Part shown: in pieces, positions 54,569 through 64,000 of the stretch
How positions within the stretch are numbered: position 1 is the first letter of the stretch
Layout: each line of letters begins with the position of its first letter
Source of the DNA: the human T2T-CHM13v2.0 reference genome, Homo sapiens
Assembly (NCBI RefSeq): GCF_009914755.1
Contig: NC_060927.1
Direction: 5' to 3' (one strand)
DNA: 64,000 nucleotides
Notes under the pieces: generated by a model
What the model was told of the DNA's origin: nothing
Databases searched by the model: none
The model's input: only the letters and a program-made list of their open reading frames with translations
Position numbers and translations under genes: made by a program

Positions 54569-56119
54569 TTACACAGGCAATCCTGCATTACTTTTTTCAG
54601 ACTAATCAAATAAGCATTGTGTTTGTTTTTTTCCCCTTTCCAGGCCACCCTTTTATCTCTATTTCAATTTGATTTTACCTGGAAAATTCTACTGGGTGAA
54701 AGGGGTGCCATAAGGGTTGTATGCTTTGGTTTATAGCCTCAAATGATGGGTGTAGATTGATCCTCAACTGGACGAAAGCAAATGCTCTAGCATGGGTACA
54801 GAAGAACAAGGGTGTTTGTCACTATGATGAGAGGGAGGCCCATGGGCATTCTCATAATTACAATTTTAAGAATACATGCAAGAGAATTTAGGTTTGCAGT
54901 GACATTTTTAGTTCTGCTTTATATAGAGTCACTATAGGTCCTTATTAAATTAAGAACCAGAGAAGGGTCATGCCTGATACGGAAGTCTTTTCTGTAGTTC
55001 ACAACGAGTCTAATACACAGGTTCAAGTATTTCTCCTTATTACTACTGCACAGTTACACATCATTCTGTGGGTTTTATTTCTTTTTCTTTTAATATCTGT
55101 GATCAGGAAAAGAAAGAAACACTTCAGAAATGAAAGATTAGTTTCCTAAATCATAAAGATGAGCTTTGTAATCATTTTCCTTTAAGCAAGGAATTAAGGG
55201 ATAATAAAAGCCCTAATTAAGGACCTTGTTAGCTTAACTAGATTTTCATATGCAAAACACAGTTATGAAGTGCTGCTACAGAATGAATGGAGATGCCTCC
55301 TGTCCACAACAAACCCAAAGGGAAGCATTCTTGCCAGGGCTTTTCTTTTGCTTCTTCTGTCTTTCTGTCCATGAGGGGTCATTCTGTTTCTGCATGAGCA
55401 CCAATTCTCTTCACCCTGGCCATGATTCCTTCTTCTCATTTTGGTTGTCCAGTCTTTTCGCTTTCTTTCATCGTCTTTTAAAATTTGCCATGATTCACTC
55501 ATCCATTTATTAATTCAACTAGCATGTATTGAGACTTCATTGTGAGCCAGGGATAAAGCCAGTAGATCGAAGGCACAGATTAACGTAGCATGTTCTTTTC
55601 TGTCTTCCTTATCCTCTGGCCCATTCATTCATCATTGTCTTCCTATGTAATTACTTCTCTGAGTCCTTCTTTCTCTGAGAGCAAAATATCTTTTCCAGGG
55701 TGGGATTACAACCTCCCACTTTCTTTCAGCTCTCTTCCTCTCATGCAATAACCTAATACTGTATTCGCCACATATGACTTACTCAAGTCCATATTTAATA
55801 TTACCATATGATATTATTGGGTTATTCTATGCCATTTATAATCACTGTATATTAAAAGAAGTCTTTAATGGAAACAACAGTTGTACTGGCTAGGACTGAG
55901 ACAACTACAAGCAAAATTATTCTGTGAGTCTGGGAAAATGGCAACAACATATTCTCATTCAATAAAATGAGTACTTCTAGAAATAATATTTAACCCAATG
56001 TTTAACGCAATGACTATAGAAATCATTGGGAGAGGGGCCAAACATTCTCAAATTATTTTACATACAATTCTCTGGTTTTTAACATTGAACTTGAAGAGGA
56101 AGAGGTGGTTTCACAGAGT

Positions 56120-56415
56120 AAAGTCCTGAGATTTACTCTAGGCTTATTGAATAAGAATCTCCTGCAGATGGGGCTTGTGAGTTTGAATATTTTAAAAAAA
56201 TACCTAGGGAAGCTCAAACACCAAACTTTCAGAAACTGTTGGAGTGAGTTTTGAAGCCAGAAAATTTTGATGAAAATCCTGCCTCTACATTGACTCCCTT
56301 CTTTGAGCTTTGGTGTCCTTATCTGAAAAGCGAGATGAATAATATCTACTTTATGAAGTTGTTGTTAGAATTAAATAAAATAATGTACTTTGTGTAAAGT
56401 GTCTAGTTTACAGCT
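56120..56415. mobile_element. MER5-like fragment followed by MIR
   Basis: AGAATCTCCTGCAGATGGGGC; CCTTATCTGAAAAG...GTTGTTGTTAGAATTAAATAA. Confidence 0.5.
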
Positions 56416-57228
56416 AGACATGCAGCATTTGCAAACCCAGTATATGAAATATAAAACAAGTAATCAATTAAAAATATTTTCTATGCATATTAAGAATAAA
56501 ATTTCTTCTATTTTTATATTATTAAATTAAATCACAATTGGTTCTTATTGATACTTTCTTGTCAACTTTGTGAATCAAAACAATATCACACTGAACTAGA
56601 ACCAGGAAAACCAAATAGAAAGTTTCTTTGAAAATAAAACTGACTAGTAAAATTATTTGACCAAATAAAGTAGAAAAGATGAGCTACATGAGGAGTGCAG
56701 AGATGCATTTTTGTTTTCCTTGGCTGTTTTATTCTTATTGCTGTTAATAACAGTTGGGTGCCTATAATGCATTCGGCCTTGAAAAAGAGCAGAAGTAGAA
56801 AGTGCCTTGGCCCACAGGAGGTACATTATTGATCCAGAAAAGGCCTTATTGAAGATGTGAGCCTAACAGAAGAAGACAGATGGTCAGTGGGAGGTAGTTC
56901 TAGAATTCTTGGTTAGTAGAAATGGGACAGTGTTGGAAGTGAGAAAAGGGAGAATATGGAATCAGAAAGAATACAGATTCATTCTTTCCAGCACTATAGG
57001 CTGCAAAGCCAGACAGAGATGCTGAAGCCATGAGGTAGAAAGTGGCAAATTCAAAAAAGGGCAGAAATATGGACTATTCTAGAATATTTTATTTTAAAGA
57101 ATGAGAAGGTGTTTACTGAATGAACAATAAGTAAGAGAGTGATTAAGTAAAAGTGAAAATGAATATATTCATAAGTGCAAAATATTGTACTGATGCCCAA
57201 TTAGCACCTAAATGTATAATATTCTGTG

Positions 57229-57231
<3 letters not shown>

Positions 57232-57275
<44 letters not shown>

Positions 57276-57280
57276 CATGT
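57232..57280. repeat. (TG)n(CG)n alternating purine-pyrimidine tract
   Basis: 19 TG units then CGCGCGCATGT. Confidence 0.95.
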
Positions 57281-57858
57281 TCATGTGTGTTTGGTGAGGC
57301 CTGGATACAAGGATAAATAAGACTTTAGCTCTGACCTCAAGTGTTTGGAATATCAAGAATAATAATAATTCAGGCATGTAGCATTTGAAAACCCAGTATA
57401 TTAAATATAAAACAAGTCATGGCAATTCAATATTTATCACATTATTAAGCCCAAGAACAACAGGACATATTGGCTTTCCAAAGCATCCATTTCATATTTT
57501 TATGTTATGAAATGATAACTCTAATCAATATTGGATTTTATTTCACTTTATTTGGATATTTAGTAACATAAGAAAGCTAGTATAAAATGATTGTCTAAGA
57601 AAAATGCCATGTGTTGGCTTGAAGGTCAAATGTATCTTCCTTGCATATCCTGTAACAGCAGCTTCTGCTTCTGCTCTTTAACCAGTCCTCTTGGTGAGAA
57701 ATGGTTTTCCTAAGGTTTTCAAGGTCTCATTATATGCCAGCCAAATTTGCTGAGCTATAATTTTCTTTCTAGTCACTTAAGGATTTTTTTTAACAAAACT
57801 TGGCAGAAACAAGAGTTTCTTAAACTCTTGTTTGTTAAAGAGTTTTAACAAAACTCTC

Positions 57859-58141
57859 GCAGAAACAGAAAACCAAATACCACACACTCTCACTTATAAG
57901 TAGGAGCTAAACACTGAGTACATATGGACATAAAGATGAGAACAATAGATACTGGGGACTATTAGAGAGGGGAGGGTGGGAGGAGAATAAGGGCTGGACA
58001 AATTACTATCCTGTGCTGTGCTTACTACCTGGGCAATGGGATCATTCATACACCAAACCTCAGAGACACACAATTTACCCCGTAACAAACCTGCACATGA
58101 ACTTCCTAAGCCTAAAATAAAAGTTGAAAAAAATAAAAAAA
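57859..58141 (+). mobile_element. L1PA16/L1PB-type 3' end
   Basis: GCAGAAACAGAAAACCAAATACC...TCTCACTTATAAGT...CTAAAATAAAAGTTGAAAAA. Confidence 0.9.
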
Positions 58142-58189
58142 GCGAATTAATTAATTTAAAAAATAATTAATATTGTCTAAAATTGAAGA

Positions 58190-58457
58190 GGTTGGGCATG
58201 ATAGCTCGCAACTCTAATCCCAGTGCTTTGGGAGGCTTAGGTGAGAGGATCACTGAGGCTAAGAGTTCCAGCCCAGCCTGGGCAACATAGCAAGGACACT
58301 GTCTCTACAAAAATAAAAATAAAAAAAAAAATTAGCCAAGCATGGTGGCCCGTGCCTGTAGTTCTAGCTTTTGGGAGGCTCAGGCAGAGAGTTGGCTTGA
58401 GCCCAGGAGTTTGAGGCTGCAGTGAGCCATGATTGCACCACTGCACTCCAGCCTGGC
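58190..58457 (+). mobile_element. AluJ lacking its 3' end and poly(A) tail
   Basis: Dimer with GAGCCCAGGAGTTTGAGGCTGCAG; stops after CCAGCCTGG. Confidence 0.9.
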
Positions 58458-58514
58458 ACAATAATAGTGTAAACAGACATTCTATTATTAGAGAATATTT
58501 AATAATACTCTTTA

Positions 58515-59045
58515 AAATGATAAATAAAATTTATTGGCAACCTGCTATATGACAGAAACTGTGATAAGCACTTTATTAATTTCATTTACATTTCCCAACA
58601 ATCCTATGAGATAGATAATGACATGGTTTGGATCTATGTCCCCACCCAAATCTCACCTTGACTTGTAATAATCCCCACATGTCAAGGGTAGTACCTGGTG
58701 GGAGGTAATTGAACCATGGGGGTGGTTTCACCCATGCTGTTCTTGTGATAGTGAGTGAGCTCTCACAAGATTTGACAGTTTTATAAGAATCTGGCATTTC
58801 CTCTGCTTGTGCTCATTCTCTCTCCTGCCACCCTGTGAAGATATGCCTTCCACCATGATTGTAAGTTTCCTGAAACCTCCCCAGCCATGCAGAACTGTGA
58901 GTCAATTAAACCTCTTTTCTTTATGAGTTACCCAGTCTCAGATATTTCTTCATAGCAGTGTGAAAATGGACTAATACCGATATTGCCTTGATTTTACAGA
59001 TGAGGAAAACTGAGGCACAGAGCGGTTAAGTAAATGACCAGGTTG
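58515..59045 (-). mobile_element. MIR interrupted by THE1
   Basis: CAACAATCCTATGAGATAG before and ATTTTACAGATGAGGAAAACTGAGGCACAGAG after the LTR. Confidence 0.75.
58619..58978 (+). mobile_element. THE1 (C/D-like) solo LTR
   Basis: TGACATGGTTTGG...CCCACCCAAATCTCACC...GGACTAATAC; TSD GATAA / GATAT. Confidence 0.92.
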
Positions 59046-59679
59046 TAGAGACATATTGCTTCTTTTTATCCAATTTCAAACTTTAAAAATACAAATGCTT
59101 GGTTGAAAATGTCATATTCTAGAGCAAAAAGGGCCACACTTATTTTTATCCTCTGGATAGTCTTTTCAAAATTTACCAGATAAAAGAGAGGGATATAATA
59201 AAAAGTGAAATGTAATCCCCTTTGACACTCTAAGAGAAATGAGTAATATATATATTGTGTTTCTTTAGGAAATCAGAAATACATTTTATTTTTAACTGTA
59301 ATTATTCAGCAAAGGTAGAGCCATACGTCTCTTAGGATACCTCTCTCTAACAAAAGCAGAGAGAATATCTGAGTTTGACATTTTCATTTTCTCGGAGCCA
59401 ATATACCAAGGAAGAATAGGAAGACCGGCAGAGAGCTGCCCAACGAAAGTGATGGTGGTGACAGCAGCAGATGGAAAGCAAACCATTGGCGTAATAGAAA
59501 TAATCAGATATCATCCTACAGCTGGGAAATCAGCAAGAAATGAAGATCAGGCTTTCTCCTCATTAAATCTGTAATTAAGGCTTCACTCTGCTTTGTTGAA
59601 ATCCTGCTGTGTTGGTGGGTAATACCCTCTCTGTACGAGGGTGAGGGAACCCCTACAAATGTCAGAGTGATAAGTTAAT

Positions 59680-60090
59680 CAAAGGGTTATGTTGAGCAAG
59701 TTTGGTAAGAGATTTGGATGGAATGACAAATACCAATGAAATAATTCAATTTCCACATGCCTATCCCAATCTGATGTGGAACTTGAAGGATATGGAAAAA
59801 CATTCAGGAGTCTGTGTTTGCCAATCTGATATGGAACTTGAAGGATATGGAAAAACATTCAGGAGTCTGTGTTTGCCAATCTGAATTTTGATGGCAGGAA
59901 TAAAAATCAGAATCTATGTTGCAGGCTGAATAGATATAATTCTCTGGAATATATGAAAATAATAAACTATTTAATTTGCATTAGATCCTGGATTAAGACT
60001 GTAAGAAGTACCAAAAGTCAGATCTGTGGCATATTCTACAAAGAATTTAAATTTGACAGAGGCAATCCAAGATGATTTACAGAAAAGAAT
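59680..60090 (+). mobile_element. Probable L3/CR1 RT remnant
   Basis: VRDLDG..IIQF resembles INDLD..LIKFADD; GATGGCAGGAAT..CAGAAT..CAGGCTG and AAATTTGACAGAG follow in CR1 order. Confidence 0.4.
59766..59884. repeat. 55-bp tandem duplication
   Basis: Units at 59766 and 59821 differ at one base; CCAATCTGA recurs at 59876. Confidence 0.97.
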
Positions 60091-61197
60091 TCTTACTGTG
60101 TCACATCAGCATTTGAATGTGAGGCACATATCCAAATATTGCCAGACTTATTTAAAAGTCCAATCATGATCTGTCATTGATGAGTTTACATAAACACATT
60201 TAATTGTTATTATCATACCAGCTTATACAATCTCTTGAGGTTGAGGTAAGAGTATGATACCAAAAAGTTTAATTTTGGCATAGTTACCTTTTCTATTTAT
60301 AGATCCATAAATTTCCTCTTTCAGACTTAAGAAACTTGCCTGGCTCTCTTTTACCTGAAATTTAATGTACCCACACTGACCTTTCATAACTTGGTAAACT
60401 AGAATTATAGCCCGCTGAGTTTTTCTCAATTGGAAAATACTCAAAATAACCTGTTGAATAAAATCCAACTGGTTTCTTGGATAACTTTCGGTATTGTTTT
60501 CAAAATCACAATGTATTATTCTGGTCTTCATAAAAGGGAAAAAAGTGACACGTAATGGGTTACATGTAAATGAGATATGAAACTCAAATGTCTAAAGCAA
60601 CTATAATACAGAAGACACTATCTTGAGAGAAGAAAGAAAATAGGGGGCCTATAGCCTTTTGTTTTGTTTTTATAGCTTAGACATAGACTTGAAATTCTCA
60701 CATACAGCTAGTTTCTAAATTCTGTCAATACAAGATTCTCAAAGAAATATGGGCTCGTCTCACTTTGCTATAGAGTAGAAAGACCCAAGAAACAGAAGGT
60801 CTGGACTTGGACCATGAACCTGGCACTCAACTATGCTCAGTGATAAATCCTCTGAAACCATTTCTTCACACAACAAATGGAGATAAAGATAATACCAAAC
60901 ATAACATTTATGAAAGTGTTTTGTAAATGGTTAGAGACTACACAAATATTAGCTAGCTGGTGCAGTTTTAGGGCCTAACACATTCCTAATCTTTACCCTT
61001 ACAAATTTCCATTGCCAAATACCAGGCCCCCATGACCACTTAAGGTTTTCATGAGCCCAGAAACCAGGAATGACTCCATTGCATTTTAGAAAAAGTATTT
61101 TTTCAGGAGGCAGATAACCAAACAGTTCAGCATCATTATTGTGCCATTTCATGAAAACTTTCAGCTTTAGGATATCTAGCTTTTAACCCATGCTCCA

Positions 61198-61370
61198 GAG
61201 CAAGGCTTCTCAAAATTTAGTGTGTATCCAAGTCACTAGAGGGGAATATCCTTAAATACAGAACCTACTATCAAAAGTTTGGAGTGGGGATTGAGATTGT
61301 GCATTGCTAAAAGGTGCCATGTGATGTTAATGCTGCTGGTCTTTTGGCCACACTTTGAGTGGCAAAGCTC
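61198..61370. mobile_element. MER5-like hAT MITE
   Basis: CTTCTCAAAATTTAGTGTG...GTGATGTTAATGCTGCTGGTC..CCACACTTTGAGT. Confidence 0.7.
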
Positions 61371-61384
61371 TAGACCTTCTGGAG

Positions 61385-61722
61385 GTACATTCTCCAATGT
61401 GGTAGCCAATAGTCACATATAGCTATTTACATTTAAATATAATTAATAACATTAAAATTCATTTCTTTTGGTCAGGCATGGTGGCTTATGTCTGTAATCC
61501 CAGCACTTTGGGAGGATATGGTGGGAGGATTGCTTGAGACCAGAAGTTCAAGACCAGCCTGGGCAACATAGTGAGACCCCCATCTCTTTAAAAAAGTAAT
61601 CATTTCTTTTGTTGCACTAGCCACACTTCGAATGTTCACTAGGCCATGTGGCTCGTGGCTACCACACTGGACGTCAGACATAGAACATTTTCTTCACTGC
61701 AGAAAGTTCTACTGGAGCACAG
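61385..61722. mobile_element. MER3-like hAT MITE interrupted by a FLAM
   Basis: GTAGCCAATAGTCACAT, GCACTAGCCACAC, TATAGAACATTT..CACTGCAGAAAGTTCTA.TGGA. Confidence 0.75.
61470..61595 (+). mobile_element. FLAM_C Alu monomer
   Basis: Left-arm monomer; TSD TCATTTCTTTT. Confidence 0.88.
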
Positions 61723-64000
61723 CAGCAATACTCAAAGTGGAAAAATTGCCTTGACCTAATTGGTTTCTTCTCATCTCTGTGGGTTCTAAAATCGTATCTT
61801 CATGTGTCTTCTAGGCATTAATGGTTTAATCTACTGTAGCCTTTACATATAAGAGTGATATAAATGACCTCACCATGACACACTGTTGGGGCTGTGAAGA
61901 CCGGAGGAATATGAGTTTTCTGTGAGTCTGAGCTTTTAGACAAACAAGAGAAACTGAATGTCAATTCCCTATCAGCAGGAAGAAGAGGGTCCAATGATGC
62001 CCAATGAGAGAATGACTAAGAGCCAGCCTTGCTCCTCTCGAGGGAAGAGTGAAGTGATATTAATCAGCGCACTATTGTGCACAAAGAGTGTTCTCTCAGG
62101 AGAAGAGCAGCACATCTGTCCCACTCACACATCAAAGAGGCCCAGCAGCTGAAAATGCTTGTGTCAAATCTCCACTCAGCCTCTTTTTCTCCTTGCTTTC
62201 CTTTCCTGGTTCATTTGCTATTCTGTGGGCTGTTTAGCAGTAAACCCTTCATCTGATTAACATTTCAAACCCATTGTTGGTCTGTGCTGGCTTAAATGAA
62301 CTAATCATCATTAGTACTTCAAAACCTGTCTGGCTATGCCTGCAAGGGGGAAAAAAAGGAGGAAGAGAAGAAAAGGAAAAGGAAACAAGCCTGACTCATT
62401 AAATAAGTCATCCATAAGTAGCTGGCCAAGATTGAAACAAAAGCAGAATCCTGAGTATTTTAATCACTAAGCAAGTCATGGACATGACTCAGAGCTAAAA
62501 GGCATAAATGGGACCTTAGGCGATGACGGAACAGAGGCATCTTCCTCTGGAAGAGGAGGGAAGGAAGCCTGGGGCCCCATCCATTTCCTTTGCTCTGATT
62601 CCCTTTCCCCTGGAAAATACCAGTTTACGAAGCAAAACTTGTTGCAGAAGCCATTTATTTTCTATTCTTTCTGCTTTATCCATTTTGACAGAATTATATT
62701 CCTGAAAGTAGTTGAGGTCGGTCATCTTTCTGATTTTCAGTGATATCGCCATACTTTTAACCCATGATCTGCATCATATTATATATAATGTGTTTAAACC
62801 TATTACCTTATTGGACCAGGTAAACCATTAGCTTGGCTTAACCTAAAATTACAAGAGGAGCTTTTTTCCCCTAAATCAGACTCTCCTAGGAAGCCTATCC
62901 ATTGTTTATTTTACTTCATACTAAAGTTTTCGTCATGATTCCTATAATTCTGATAACGAAAAAAGGAAAGAATACATCCAGACCATTTTTTGTGCTTGTC
63001 TGCAAGACACAGTGACATTTTAAAAGAACGTTCTAGATTTAAAAAGGTTAATTTCAAGCTTAAACAATAACTTTTTATGGCTTTTCTTGTGAAATCAACA
63101 TTTCCCACAGATGACTGAGTCCCTGCAGTCTAGAAGTATAATTCCTAAACCGTAATATGTGTAAGAGAGATGACTGGTGCAATATCACAGACTTACATAT
63201 TATTAAATTATATAGTGTGCACCATTTCTCTTTTCGATTCTCTTCCAATCCTATGATCAAGTCAAGAAAAAAGTCTCTCTTGGTACCTCTGCATTGAATA
63301 CTACTTCTACCTGTCAATTCCCATTTTAACAAGCAAAGCAGCCCTTAAACTCAGAGTCTTCTGAGGGAAATTGTGTCTAGTTAAAAATAAGTAATATTTT
63401 GTTTCCATTGCATCAATTATTTTTAACATTTTTTCATTTATTTATGGCACCTTAGACTGGTTTTTCTATTCATGGTAGCAATAAAATGTTTCTTAGGAAT
63501 ACATTTAAGTAAAAAAGTAGTCTTTAAAGAAAAATATTAACATTATAATAAAGCATGTGGATATGGAACAAATCATGAATAGCCCGGATTTGGAGCACTC
63601 TTTTTATTTGAGGGGTGAGAAAGAAAAAAGTGGTGTTGTTCCTTTGCTGTCAGCCACCTATGTACATAGCAGGTTTGATTTCTCCATCAAAAACTGTATT
63701 CATGACAATTTCGGGACAATGTTTCATAGAAACTGCAAGTGGGAAGATGAGGGAGGAACTGTCTAACTTTTTTATAGAATGATTATTTGGGGCTGAAAAA
63801 AGTCCCAGGGAACACACAGGTGGCTGAGCGGCAGGAAACGATGAAGCGCAAATGCATCCACAGCAGAAGGGTGTGCTTAAGGATCAGCAGGGAAAATTTG
63901 AGAAAATAGTTCCCATCCATTCTAGCTTGCTTGGCTTCAGTATGGTAAGTTGCTCAGAGTTTGTTACAAGTTTTCCCAAAGGTGAATTTTTAAGTATCTT

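Noticed and set aside
59304-59560. Purine-rich exon-like stretch
   Set aside because: Weak splice sites and no recognisable protein; may be non-coding but I cannot support a call

Overview
Primate (human-like) AT-rich, CpG-depleted genomic DNA that reads as intergenic or deep intronic. I found no credible protein-coding exon, processed pseudogene, RNA gene or CpG island; the supplied ORFs are repeat-derived or chance. About half the window is interspersed repeats: 16 Alu/FLAM copies, L1PA 3' ends, old L1M, L2, L3/CR1 and MIR relics, hAT DNA transposons, and solo LTRs (THE1/MST, MLT1, LTR12, LTR47, LTR16-like), several nested. Subfamily names come from remembered consensus sequences, and boundaries without a TSD are approximate. 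I cannot support a new biological system. The best leads are a dense PBX-HOX/MEIS/POU motif cluster at about 7.3 kb, fold-back template-switch scars in two L1 copies, a back-to-back LTR12/LTR47 promoter pair, several local duplications and a few candidate non-coding exons.
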